Of a stretch of 64,000 nucleotides of DNA, positions 26,988-36,796 are shown one piece after another. Numbering within the stretch: position 1 is the first letter of the stretch; each line of letters starts with the position of its first letter. The DNA is taken from the NCBI GenBank assembly GCA_045598365.1, contig JAZLLV010000056.1, forward strand, positions 9,498 through 73,497, read 5' to 3'. The notes below the pieces were generated by a model. It searched no databases and was not told the origin of the DNA. It worked only from the letters and a program-made list of their open reading frames with translations. Origin of the DNA: Lachnospiraceae bacterium. Its GTDB lineage: Bacteria > Bacillota > Clostridia > Lachnospirales > Lachnospiraceae. The translations under genes were made by a program, and so were the position numbers.

Positions 26988-27401
26988 ATGCTAAGTGAAG
27001 AACGTGTAAAACTGATGACACGCATGGCCTCCTATGAAGCAACCGAGGGACAGAAGAATGTGTCCGTTGCGAAGCATTTCAGAGGAGATTATGTGGGTCT
27101 GCAGGTGCTTAAGGCGGTCATATGTGCAACTATAGCATATATGATTGCTTTTGGTGTGTATATTTATTATGACCTTGAGCACTTTATGATGGACATTTAT
27201 AAAATGGACATTATGGCTTTTGGCGCAAAGGTATTAAGGTATTATGCAATATTTGTGGTTTCGTACTGCGTTATTGTATACATTACCTTTTCGATTAAAT
27301 ATACCAAGGCCAAAAATAATCTTAAGCGTTATTTTAATAATCTTAAGCTGCTCGGTGCTCTTCTTGTGAAAGAAGAAAGAGAGAATAAGCAGGAGTTATA
27401 G
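26988..27401 (+). CDS. Hypothetical membrane protein (2 TM)
   Basis: 137-aa ORF with two hydrophobic segments, tightly packed in the gene run. Confidence 0.7.
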   Translation: MLSEERVKLMTRMASYEATEGQKNVSVAKHFRGDYVGLQVLKAVICATIAYMIAFGVYIYYDLEHFMMDIYKMDIMAFGAKVLRYYAIFVVSYCVIVYITFSIKYTKAKNNLKRYFNNLKLLGALLVKEERENKQEL

Positions 27402-27408
27402 GGGATTT

Positions 27409-28545
27409 ATGAAGGAACTTTTACTGATAAAAGAAAAAATAAAACAATTTGCGGGAAAATATGATATTTACATTATTCCCGTACTTAAATTCTTACTGGT
27501 ATTTTTAGTACTTGGAAGAATAAACGGCCAGATCGGATATATGGCAAGACTTACCGGGAAGCCCATTGCTTTGATAATTGCGCTTGCGGGATCGTTTTTA
27601 CCTCTTAACCTTACAATGGTTATTCTTTCTCTGATTGTGGTCGCTCATGTATATGCCCTTTCTTTGGAGTGCGCAATACTTGTTTTGGCGCTGTTCATCA
27701 TAATGTTTCTTTTGTATTTCAGGTTTTCGTCAAAGGACTCTGTGGCAACTCTTCTGATGCCTTTGTCCTTTGCTTTCAAAATTCCCTATGTAGTGCCTGT
27801 TTCAATGGGTCTTGTGGGAACACCTTCATCCATGGTTTCCGTAGGCTGTGGTACCGTAGTTTATCAGGTGCTTCACTATATAAGTGTCAATGCTGACAGT
27901 CTTAAGCCTGTGGAAGGTGAAAAGACAAAAATAATCAACACTTTTAAGGATCTTATAGACGGAATATTACTTAATAAAGCAATGATTCTTTATGTAATTG
28001 CTTTTGCGGCAACCGTTCTTATCGTATATATCATCAGAAGACTTTCCATCGATTATTCCTGGTGGATTGCCATTGCGGCAGGTTCTATGACCTGTTTTGT
28101 GGTGATGCTCTTGGGAAATGCAAAGCTTGGCACCGGAGTTTCCATGGGCGGAGCCTTTGTCGGAATACTGATTTCAATAATTCTTAATATTATTTTGCAG
28201 TTTTTCTGCTTTGATTTGAATTACAATCGAACTGAAAGAGTTCAGTTTGAGGATGACGAATATTATTACTATGTCAAGGCTGTGCCCAAGAACACGGTTA
28301 AACTTCCTGAGCCTGCAAGCACAAAAAAGGCACCTGTCAAAAAAGCAGCACCTGCACCCGCACCTGCTAAGAAGCCCGCACCCGCAAGAGTTGCACCTTC
28401 ATCTCAGGTTCGCAGGGAAATTCAGCCTGCAAAAAAGCCTGTGAGTCCTTCGGCGGCTCCAAGTGCAAGGGATGTTGTTCGAAAGACCGCTATTGATGCA
28501 GCAAAGGCACACTCAACGGAAAGAACTCCCAATAATCACGAATAG
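27409..28545 (+). CDS. Hypothetical multi-pass membrane protein with Pro/Ala/Lys-rich tail
   Basis: About 8-9 hydrophobic segments, then ERVQFEDDEYYYYVKAVPK and a low-complexity KKAPVKKAAPAPAPAKKPAPA tail. Confidence 0.75.
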   Translation: MKELLLIKEKIKQFAGKYDIYIIPVLKFLLVFLVLGRINGQIGYMARLTGKPIALIIALAGSFLPLNLTMVILSLIVVAHVYALSLECAILVLALFIIMFLLYFRFSSKDSVATLLMPLSFAFKIPYVVPVSMGLVGTPSSMVSVGCGTVVYQVLHYISVNADSLKPVEGEKTKIINTFKDLIDGILLNKAMILYVIAFAATVLIVYIIRRLSIDYSWWIAIAAGSMTCFVVMLLGNAKLGTGVSMGGAFVGILISIILNIILQFFCFDLNYNRTERVQFEDDEYYYYVKAVPKNTVKLPEPASTKKAPVKKAAPAPAPAKKPAPARVAPSSQVRREIQPAKKPVSPSAAPSARDVVRKTAIDAAKAHSTERTPNNHE

Positions 28546-28560
28546 GGGATATAGATTTTA

Positions 28561-29430
28561 ATGGCTAATTTCATTGAATTTGGCAAGTCCACCTTTGAAA
28601 AATTCAATATGCCCGAAGTTTCATGGACTGACGTTGTTGAAATTCTCGTAATAGCATTTTTGCTTTACGAGTTTTTTGCATGGATAAAGAATACTCAGGC
28701 CTTTGTTCTTTTGAGGGGTATGGTTGTTATCGGAGCGTTCCTTCTGATAGCCATTTTCTTGGAAATGAATACTATTCTCTGGATTGCTAACAGACTCTTT
28801 ACCATTGCGGCAACCGTTATTGTGGTGGTTTTCCAGCCTGAATTAAGAAAAGCCCTTGAACAACTCGGCCGTAAAAACTTTATTTCATCCATGATTTCTT
28901 TTGATTCGAACAGCTCTTCCGAAGGAAGATTCACGGATAATACCATTCAGGAAATTATCAGAGCCTGCACCGAAATGGCGAAGGTCAAAACCGGTGCGCT
29001 CATTGTAATAGAACAGAACACCTCACTTAATGACGTGGAGAGAACCGGTATAGTGGTTGATGGTGTTGTAACAAGTCAGCTTTTAATTAATATCTTTGAG
29101 CATAACACTCCTCTTCATGATGGAGCCGTTGTGATAAGAGGTGACAGAATCACTGCAGCTACCTGCTACCTTCCCCGTTCGGAAAGTCCTCTTCTTAGCA
29201 AGGACCTTGGAACAAGACACCGTGCAGGTGTTGGTATTTCAGAGGTAACGGATTCACTTACCCTGATTGTTTCCGAAGAAACAGGACGTATAAGCATTGC
29301 TTATGAAGGCAAACTTTTAAGAAATGTCGATACAGAGACCCTTAGAAGACATCTTGAACTTATTCAGAACAAGGTGGAGGGCGAAAAGAAGCATACTCTC
29401 TTTAAGGTGAAGGGAGGTAAACGCGTATGA
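28561..29430 (+). CDS. cdaA: Diadenylate cyclase CdaA/DacA
   Basis: 3 N-terminal TM helices, FQPELRKALEQLG, TPLHDGA, LGTRHRA, VSEETG. Confidence 0.95.
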   Translation: MANFIEFGKSTFEKFNMPEVSWTDVVEILVIAFLLYEFFAWIKNTQAFVLLRGMVVIGAFLLIAIFLEMNTILWIANRLFTIAATVIVVVFQPELRKALEQLGRKNFISSMISFDSNSSSEGRFTDNTIQEIIRACTEMAKVKTGALIVIEQNTSLNDVERTGIVVDGVVTSQLLINIFEHNTPLHDGAVVIRGDRITAATCYLPRSESPLLSKDLGTRHRAGVGISEVTDSLTLIVSEETGRISIAYEGKLLRNVDTETLRRHLELIQNKVEGEKKHTLFKVKGGKRV

Positions 29431-30746
29431 CGGCGAATTTTGATTTTAAGAAGCATTTTACCAAGCAGAAGCTTACGGAGAATATCGGACTTAAAATTAC
29501 TTCCCTGATAGTGGCGATTATTCTATGGTTCGTGGTTGTGAATTTTACCGATCCTACAGGAACCACAAAAATCGATGGCATACAGGTCCGTATTATTAAT
29601 CAGGAGATTATTACGGGTAATAGCAAGACTCTTGAAGTGGTTGATGGTACAGACATGATATCCAGCGTTACCATCAGAGCTCCCAGAACGGTTATTAAAG
29701 AGCTTGGTAATTCTGCAGACAATATTATTGCGGTTGCGGATATGAATACACTTATGAAAGACGGTATAAGTGTGCCTATATCTATTTCAGCCGCGAAGTA
29801 CAATGACAAAATCGAGATTATCAGAAGCTCATCTGATGTCTTAAAAGTTAAAATTGAAAACAAACATACCATACAGCTTCCCTTGACTGCCTCAACCTCC
29901 GGCAGCATAGAGAGCGGATTTATATTGGGCAATGTTGTTCCCGCCCAGAATCAGATACGAATCAGTGGTCCTGAGTCGGTGGTTAATCGTATAGAAAGTG
30001 CCAAGGTTGATGTTCAGGTAACCGGATTTACCAGTGATATTTCAACTCAGGCAGACATTATGCTTTTTGATACAAACGGTGACGGAATTCCCACCAGCAA
30101 TCTTGAACTTAACATTTCATCCGTAAAAGTTGATGTGGAGATACTTGCGACCAAGAAGGTTCCTCTTCTCTACTCAACAATTGGCGTTCCAAAGGACGGT
30201 TACGGAGTTACGGGAGAAATCGAATGTAATCCGGAGATGATAACCATTGCGGGACCGAGCGGTATCATTGACGATATAACAGGCATTAAAGTACCCGCTG
30301 AAGTGCTGAATATAACCGGACAGTCTTCGGATATGCTTTCCATTATCGATGTTAAACAGTATCTTCCCGAAGGCATCAGACTTGCGGATGGAGATAACAG
30401 TAAGGCCTCCATTACTGTCTTTATTGAACAGTTTGCAGAGGAAAACTTTGGAGTATTCTTAAAAAATGTTTCCATAGAGAATGTGCCACTTGGATTTGAA
30501 GCTTCCTTTGACATAGACGATGTGAACATTGATTTTACTCTTGTGGGCCTTAGAAAGGATCTTGAAAAACTTTCTCTTGGCAACTTAAATTACAGAGTGG
30601 ATTTTGACGATTATGCTCTTCTTCATGATGTAACGGAATTCAAAGAAGGAAAGTATAAGTGTTTCCTGGTAATGGACCTTCCGAGCGCAGTTATGCTTAA
30701 GGACAATATCAGTGTATATGTAAGACTTACTAAGGAAGAGGATTAA
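29427..30746 (+). CDS. cdaR: CdaR (YbbR-repeat) regulator
   Basis: KITSLIVAIILWFVV anchor and beta-rich YbbR-like repeats; located between cdaA and glmM. Confidence 0.85.
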   Translation: MTANFDFKKHFTKQKLTENIGLKITSLIVAIILWFVVVNFTDPTGTTKIDGIQVRIINQEIITGNSKTLEVVDGTDMISSVTIRAPRTVIKELGNSADNIIAVADMNTLMKDGISVPISISAAKYNDKIEIIRSSSDVLKVKIENKHTIQLPLTASTSGSIESGFILGNVVPAQNQIRISGPESVVNRIESAKVDVQVTGFTSDISTQADIMLFDTNGDGIPTSNLELNISSVKVDVEILATKKVPLLYSTIGVPKDGYGVTGEIECNPEMITIAGPSGIIDDITGIKVPAEVLNITGQSSDMLSIIDVKQYLPEGIRLADGDNSKASITVFIEQFAEENFGVFLKNVSIENVPLGFEASFDIDDVNIDFTLVGLRKDLEKLSLGNLNYRVDFDDYALLHDVTEFKEGKYKCFLVMDLPSAVMLKDNISVYVRLTKEED

Positions 30747-30748
30747 CT

Positions 30749-32098
30749 ATGGCAAGAATGTTTGGCACCGATGGAGTCAGAGGTGTGGCAAATAAAGAAT
30801 TAACGCCCGGTCTGGCACTTAAACTTGGTCAGGCAGGTGCTTATGCTTTGGCAAAAAACAGTGATCACAGGACAAAAATTTTAGTGGGCTGTGATACCAG
30901 AATTTCAGGCGATATGCTTGCAAATGTGTTGATGGCAGGAGCCTGCTCAGTTGGAGCGGACTGCGTATATGTTGGTATTGTACCTACTCCCTGTGTAGCA
31001 TATATTACGAAAAAGCATGGTTACGATGCAGGAGTGGTTATTTCCGCATCCCATAATCCTGTGGAATTTAACGGTATTAAATTCTTTGACAGAAACGGAT
31101 TTAAGCTTCCGGATGCGTTGGAAGACGAGATAGAAGCTCTTATAAAGAGCAATATGGAGGGAGTGGATTTTCCTGTCGGTGCAAATGTGGGAAGGGTTAC
31201 CTACGACTATGATGCCAAAGAAGAATATATTGCACATTCTGTGGAAGCAGTGGGCTGTAATCTTAAGGGCATGAAGATAGTTGTCGATACTGCTGAAGGT
31301 GCTTCTTTTTATACATCGATTGAAACATTGAAAAGGCTTGGCGCTTCGGTTGTTGCTATCCACAACAATCCCGATGGCACAAATATAAATGATAAATGCG
31401 GCTCCACCCATATGGAAGAACTTATGGAGAGAGTTGTTGCAGAGAAGGCAGATTTAGGACTGGCTTTTGATGGTGATGCAGATAGACTTCTTGCTGTAGA
31501 CGAAAACGGTGTTGCTATTAACGGTGACCAGATAATGGGTATTATAGGTGGATTCATGAAGGAAAAGGGCACACTTAAGAAGAACACCATTGTGGCAACC
31601 GTAATGAGCAATTTGGGATTCTTCCAGATGGGAGAACGTGAAGGAATTCATATTGAACAGACTAAGGTTGGCGACAGATACGTTCTTGAAAGAATGAGAG
31701 AGATAGGCGCAAACCTCGGAGGTGAGCAGTCCGGACATGTTATTTTCCTTGATGATAACACCACGGGAGATGGTCTCCTTAGCGCACTTCACTTACTTAA
31801 TGTCTGCGTTGAAACGGGCAAACCCCTTTCAGTGCTTGCAAAGAATATAGAAATTTTACCTCAGGCTCTTGTGGGAGCAAAGGTTTCCAATGAGAAAAAG
31901 CATTCTTATATGGACAATCCGGTTATTGCGAAGGCGATTGAAGAACTTACGGAAAAGTTTGCAGGACGCGGAAGGGTGCTTATTCGTCCAAGCGGTACTG
32001 AACCTCTTGTAAGAGTAATGATTGAAGGAAATGACAAGGCCCTGATTGATGAAGAAGCTAAAAAACTTGCTGCCCTCATTGAAGAGACCATGAAATAG
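30749..32098 (+). CDS. glmM: Phosphoglucosamine mutase
   Basis: FGTDGVRG, DTRISG, SASHNP, DGDADR, GGEQSGH, RPSGTEP. Confidence 0.97.
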   Translation: MARMFGTDGVRGVANKELTPGLALKLGQAGAYALAKNSDHRTKILVGCDTRISGDMLANVLMAGACSVGADCVYVGIVPTPCVAYITKKHGYDAGVVISASHNPVEFNGIKFFDRNGFKLPDALEDEIEALIKSNMEGVDFPVGANVGRVTYDYDAKEEYIAHSVEAVGCNLKGMKIVVDTAEGASFYTSIETLKRLGASVVAIHNNPDGTNINDKCGSTHMEELMERVVAEKADLGLAFDGDADRLLAVDENGVAINGDQIMGIIGGFMKEKGTLKKNTIVATVMSNLGFFQMGEREGIHIEQTKVGDRYVLERMREIGANLGGEQSGHVIFLDDNTTGDGLLSALHLLNVCVETGKPLSVLAKNIEILPQALVGAKVSNEKKHSYMDNPVIAKAIEELTEKFAGRGRVLIRPSGTEPLVRVMIEGNDKALIDEEAKKLAALIEETMK

Positions 32099-32101
32099 GG
32101 T

Positions 32102-32671
32102 ATGAAAATGAATCATTTGAAACCGTTAAATAAGGCGCTTAGGATTGAGTCCGAGCGCCTTTACTTAAGACCTATAACAGAAGAAGACACGGATACCGTA
32201 CTGAGATTCAGAAATGCGGATTACGTTAAGAGGAACTTTTTTTACCGTAATACAATTTCTCATGATGAGCATGTGGCCTTTTTTAGAAATAAATGTCTTA
32301 CCGGTGAAGTACTATATTTCCTTGTTTTTGATAAAACAACAGATTCACCCATAGGTTGTGTTTATTATCAGCATTACGATCAGAATAAAAAGTCCATAGA
32401 ATCAGGACTGTTCTTTGATGAAAATGCACCAAAGGGTAAGGGCTATGCCACTGAAGGCTATAAACTGGCCAATGAATATGTTTTTGAAAACTATGAAATT
32501 AATAAGCTGTTTGCAAGGGTAATCGCTGAAAACAGTGCAAGTATGAAACTTCACCAAAGAGCCGGCTATGTGGAAACATCCAGAGACCTGCAGCAGATTA
32601 TACCTGATGGTAATATGGTTCAGGCTGTTTCTTTTGAACTTGTCGGATTTCGTAAGCCAACCGGAGATTGA
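32102..32671 (+). CDS. GNAT N-acetyltransferase, PseH/RimJ-like
   Basis: LYLRPITEEDTDTVLRFRN...ISHDEH..FF, KGKGYATE, N.ASMKLHQRAGY. Confidence 0.65.
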   Translation: MKMNHLKPLNKALRIESERLYLRPITEEDTDTVLRFRNADYVKRNFFYRNTISHDEHVAFFRNKCLTGEVLYFLVFDKTTDSPIGCVYYQHYDQNKKSIESGLFFDENAPKGKGYATEGYKLANEYVFENYEINKLFARVIAENSASMKLHQRAGYVETSRDLQQIIPDGNMVQAVSFELVGFRKPTGD

Positions 32672-32672
32672 G

Positions 32673-33584
32673 ATGAAAAAATTTTTTGTTATGATGGCAT
32701 GTCTGTTAATATTCTTAACCGGCTGCGGGAAGTCATACAGAGAAAAACTTGTTGATGAAGGCTATACACTTGATGAAGTTACCATTGATATAGGCCTTAA
32801 AAAAGAGACTAAAATCCTTGTGGTAAATGATGCTCACATTCAGATAAATGATGACTCCGTTCCGGACGAGGACAAGGAGACGGTGAGTCAGAGAATCGGC
32901 CTTTTTTCTGTGGGAGGGATCACAACCGAAGAACGGTTTAAGCGACTATCGGATATTATCGGGAACGCGGATGTTTCTCTATGTGTCTTCGCAGGAGATA
33001 TGGTGGATTTTAATTCCGAAGCCAATTTAGCCTGTCTTAAAGAAGGTTTTTCTAAATTAAAAAGCGATTATTTTTATATAAGATCCGACCATGATGTGGA
33101 GGATTACTGGCAGAAGAGTGTCGGGTTTGCAGCTCTGCGGGAGAGGCAGGAGGCAGTATGTGATATGAGCCCTTTGGTGGTAAAGGAACTGGAGGAGTTT
33201 GTGGTTGTGGGTATAAACCTTTCACATACTACTATGAGCAAGGCAATTCCTGAGAAGCTGAAAGAGGTTTTCGCTCTTAACAAGCCTGTAATTGTTGTGA
33301 CCCATGTGCCCTTTGGTCAATCAAACGGGACTGAGCTTAAGGAGTTGTCAGAGGCAGTGCGTGGTGGAAAGAAACTGTACTGGTCCACAGACGGCGACGA
33401 ATATATTCCGATGGGTCCGGAGCTGGAGCTTATGAATATGATGTATGCAGAGGATTCGCCTGTGGTGGCAATATTTGCCGCTCATCTTCATGAAAAATGG
33501 GACGGAATGGTGACTGACAACATACGTGAGCACATTTTTGCTCCCTGTTATATGGGCAATATAGGTATAGTAACCGTTAAATGA
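32673..33584 (+). CDS. Metallophosphoesterase-family lipoprotein
   Basis: Signal peptide with lipobox LTGC; NDAH, GDMVD, SDHD, THVP and AHLH metal motifs. Confidence 0.75.
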   Translation: MKKFFVMMACLLIFLTGCGKSYREKLVDEGYTLDEVTIDIGLKKETKILVVNDAHIQINDDSVPDEDKETVSQRIGLFSVGGITTEERFKRLSDIIGNADVSLCVFAGDMVDFNSEANLACLKEGFSKLKSDYFYIRSDHDVEDYWQKSVGFAALRERQEAVCDMSPLVVKELEEFVVVGINLSHTTMSKAIPEKLKEVFALNKPVIVVTHVPFGQSNGTELKELSEAVRGGKKLYWSTDGDEYIPMGPELELMNMMYAEDSPVVAIFAAHLHEKWDGMVTDNIREHIFAPCYMGNIGIVTVK

Positions 33585-33604
33585 TATGAAAAGAGGATGA
33601 TATT

Positions 33605-34906
33605 TTGCAGATAATTTTGTTATCAGGTGGTTCAGGAAAAAGACTTTGGCCACTTTCAAATGATGTGAGATCAAAACAATTTATACGAATTTTTAAGGGC
33701 GAAGAGAATAAGTATGTTTCCATGGTGGAAAGAATATACAAGTCTCTAAAAGAAGCAATTCCGGGGGTTCATGTAACGGTTGCAACGGGAAAAAGCCAGG
33801 TTTCCATCCTTGAAAATCAGTTGGGGGAGAATATAGATATTTGTGTTGAACCGGCAAGACGTGATACTTTCCCGGCAATAGCACTTGCTGCAACATATCT
33901 TCACGATGTTCTTATTGTTTCAAAAGATGAGGCTGTTGTTGTATGTCCTGTAGACCCTTATGTTGAAAAGGATTATTTTGAAGTTGTTAAAAAAATAGGG
34001 GAAGCAGTGGATAACAACGCTTCAAACATCACCCTTATGGGGATAAAACCCACATATCCAAGCGAGAAGTACGGATATATAGTACCTGAAGAAAATGGAA
34101 ACGTTAAAGCGTTTAAGGAAAAGCCTGATTTGGAAGGCGCAAAGGTTCTTCTTTCCCAGGGCGCTTACTGGAACGGTGGCGTTTTTGGATTTAAGTTGGG
34201 TTATATGATTAATAAAGCCCACGAACTGATTGATTTTAAGGATTATGAAGACCTTGTCTTGAAATATGAGACCCTTACAAAAATCAGCATCGACTATGCT
34301 GTTGTGGAAAAGGAAAAATCTATTAAAGTTCTTCCCTTTGCCGGGGACTGGATGGATGTAGGTACATGGAAAACTCTTACAGAAGTAATGGAAGAGAACT
34401 GCATAGGTGAAGTTCTAATGGATGATACCTGTGAAAATTCCCATGTCGTAAATGAGCTGGATATTCCAATACTTGCCATGGGCCTTAAAAATGTTGTTGT
34501 TGCAGCAAGCCCGGATGGTATTCTTGTTGCGGATAAAGATATGTCGAGCTACATGAAGCCCTTTGTGGACAAGATAGAAAACCCCACAATGTATGCGGAA
34601 AAATCCTGGGGAAGTTACAGGGTTCTTGATATTGAGGACGGCAGCTTGACGGTTAAGGTTACTTTGCTGCCGGGGCATGGAATGAATTATCACAGCCACG
34701 AAAGACGTGACGAGGTATGGACCGTCATCGAAGGAAAAGGTATTACCTGCATCAATGGTATAAAGCAGGAAGTGGGTCCCGGGGATTGTATAACTATTCC
34801 TGCAGGCTGTAAGCATACGATTGAAGCAATAACTTTGTTAAAAGTTATGGAAGTTCAGACCGGAAAAGATATTGATGTGACCGATAAGATTAAACATGAA
34901 ATGTAA
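33605..34906 (+). CDS. manC: Mannose-1-phosphate guanylyltransferase with C-terminal cupin (ManC-like)
   Basis: LSGGSGKRLWPLS, EPARRDT.PAI, YGYI, FKEKP, SIDYAVVEK, WMDVGTW, SWGSY, HSHERRDEVW. Confidence 0.85.
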   Translation: MQIILLSGGSGKRLWPLSNDVRSKQFIRIFKGEENKYVSMVERIYKSLKEAIPGVHVTVATGKSQVSILENQLGENIDICVEPARRDTFPAIALAATYLHDVLIVSKDEAVVVCPVDPYVEKDYFEVVKKIGEAVDNNASNITLMGIKPTYPSEKYGYIVPEENGNVKAFKEKPDLEGAKVLLSQGAYWNGGVFGFKLGYMINKAHELIDFKDYEDLVLKYETLTKISIDYAVVEKEKSIKVLPFAGDWMDVGTWKTLTEVMEENCIGEVLMDDTCENSHVVNELDIPILAMGLKNVVVAASPDGILVADKDMSSYMKPFVDKIENPTMYAEKSWGSYRVLDIEDGSLTVKVTLLPGHGMNYHSHERRDEVWTVIEGKGITCINGIKQEVGPGDCITIPAGCKHTIEAITLLKVMEVQTGKDIDVTDKIKHEM

Positions 34907-34917
34907 GGAGTGCAGCT

Positions 34918-35994
34918 GTGGCGAAAAAGACGCGTAATGCCAATATGGAATTTTTAAGAATGCTGTCCATGTGTATGGTTGTTATGCTCCATGCCCTTGG
35001 GAAAAGTGAACTGCTTGTTAATCTTGCTTCAGAAGGCAGTGCTAACGGAGTTATAGCCGGCATTTTGGAGGCATTATCAATTTCTGCGGTTAACATTTTT
35101 ATATTGATTTCAGGATATTTTCTTATCGACTCAGGGTTTAAGCTTGGCAGGCTGGCGGAACTCATATTTCAGATGCTTTTTTATTCTATAGGGGCATTTG
35201 TTGTATGTCTTATGTTTGGAATCAGACCTGAAGGAGGAATTAATACATATTTTCTTCTTAATACAGCCTTTCCCGTTCACATGGATGTTTTCTGGTTCCT
35301 TTCCTCATATGTGATTGTATATGTATTGCTGCCTGTGATTTCGGGCGGTGTAAAAGCTATAACTAAGAAGCAGTTTGCTACGCTTATTGCAGTAATGCTC
35401 TTCTTTGAAAGTATACTTAAAACATGCCTCCCCATCAGATTCGAAGGAGACACAAAGGGGTATGATGCCATCTGGTTTCTGACTGTTTTCCTGATAGGTG
35501 CATATATAAAGCTTTACGGTTTTAAGTATTTAAGATCTTCATTGAGCGGACTGGTTTTATATATCCTTGCGACAGCATTGATAGCTATAGAGAATTTTGC
35601 AATAGATTTTTGTCGTGTTCACTTCGGAAGATTCGAAGAAATAAAAGGTGTAGCATACGAGTACAATCATATTTTTGTACTCCTTGCAGCAATCGGACTG
35701 TTTGCATGCTTTTTGAATAAAAAAGAGGCCGGTGCAAAGGCATCCGCTGTAATTTGTGCATTATCTCCCATGGCTCTTGGAGTTTACCTTTTCCATGAGA
35801 ACCTGTCACTAAGATATAATTGGCAGAAGTGGCTTGGAATATATGATTCGATTAACACTCCCACCTATCTGTTTGCTGTGAAAATAATAGGTGCAGTACT
35901 GACAATTTATGTCTGTGGCACTGTTGTGGACTTCATACGTATCAAACTATTTGCACTTATAAAAGGCATGGCAGGTAAAAAGAATGAAACTTGA
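34918..35994 (+). CDS. Acyltransferase family 3 (OafA-like) membrane protein
   Basis: RNANMEFLRMLSM..V..LH, AVNIFILISGYF, WFL, GVYLFHE. Confidence 0.8.
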   Translation: MAKKTRNANMEFLRMLSMCMVVMLHALGKSELLVNLASEGSANGVIAGILEALSISAVNIFILISGYFLIDSGFKLGRLAELIFQMLFYSIGAFVVCLMFGIRPEGGINTYFLLNTAFPVHMDVFWFLSSYVIVYVLLPVISGGVKAITKKQFATLIAVMLFFESILKTCLPIRFEGDTKGYDAIWFLTVFLIGAYIKLYGFKYLRSSLSGLVLYILATALIAIENFAIDFCRVHFGRFEEIKGVAYEYNHIFVLLAAIGLFACFLNKKEAGAKASAVICALSPMALGVYLFHENLSLRYNWQKWLGIYDSINTPTYLFAVKIIGAVLTIYVCGTVVDFIRIKLFALIKGMAGKKNET

Positions 35995-36781
35995 GCTATT
36001 GATATCCGCGGTCAACGCGGATCCGAAAATGCTGATAGAGAAAATGAAAATTCTCGGAGATGCCGTGCTGATTAACCAATGCGGAAAGGAATCGGAAGAA
36101 ACCTTAAAGACAGAAAGGGGTGAAGTTAAGGTCCTTTCTTTTGATGAAAAGGGTGTAGGCTTAAGCAGAAATCGGGCAATTGAAAATTCTTCGGCAGATA
36201 TAATTCTGTTTTCCGATGACGATATTGTATATGATTTTGACTATGAGGCAACGGTTCTAAATGAGTTTGCGAAGCATCCCGAAGCAGACTGCATATTTTT
36301 TAATGTGGAAGTTTGCGAGGAGAGAAGAACCTATTACAATCAGAGTTTCGGACCGGTTCATTTATGGAACGGTGGAAGATATCCGGCCTACAGTATTGCC
36401 ATGAGGCGTGATTCGCTGGTAAAGTCCGGGGTTAAGTTTTCACTGTTATTTGGCGGAGGTGCCAAATATTCCTGTGGAGAGGACAGCCTTTTTATAAAGG
36501 ACTGTATTGAATCGGGACTTAAGCTTTTTAAGACTCCTGCGCTAATCGGAAAGGAAGAACCGAGAGAAAACGGTGAATCCACATGGTTCAAAGGCTATGA
36601 TAAAAAGTTTTTTTATGACAGAGGGGTTTTGTATGCTTTTCTTTATGGCCCCTTGGCGAAACTCTTTGGCTTTCGATTTGTTTTTACGAAAAGAAATGTT
36701 ATGTGCAGGGAAATTCCCTGGCAAAAATGCTATAAATATCTTAAGGACGGAATTTCCAAGGGAAATTCCCTGAAAGCCTGA
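35984..36781 (+). CDS. Glycosyltransferase family 2
   Basis: GVGLSRN.AI, FSDDD (DxD), GEDSLF. Confidence 0.8.
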   Translation: MKLELLISAVNADPKMLIEKMKILGDAVLINQCGKESEETLKTERGEVKVLSFDEKGVGLSRNRAIENSSADIILFSDDDIVYDFDYEATVLNEFAKHPEADCIFFNVEVCEERRTYYNQSFGPVHLWNGGRYPAYSIAMRRDSLVKSGVKFSLLFGGGAKYSCGEDSLFIKDCIESGLKLFKTPALIGKEEPRENGESTWFKGYDKKFFYDRGVLYAFLYGPLAKLFGFRFVFTKRNVMCREIPWQKCYKYLKDGISKGNSLKA

Positions 36782-36796
36782 TATAAGGAGGAAAAT

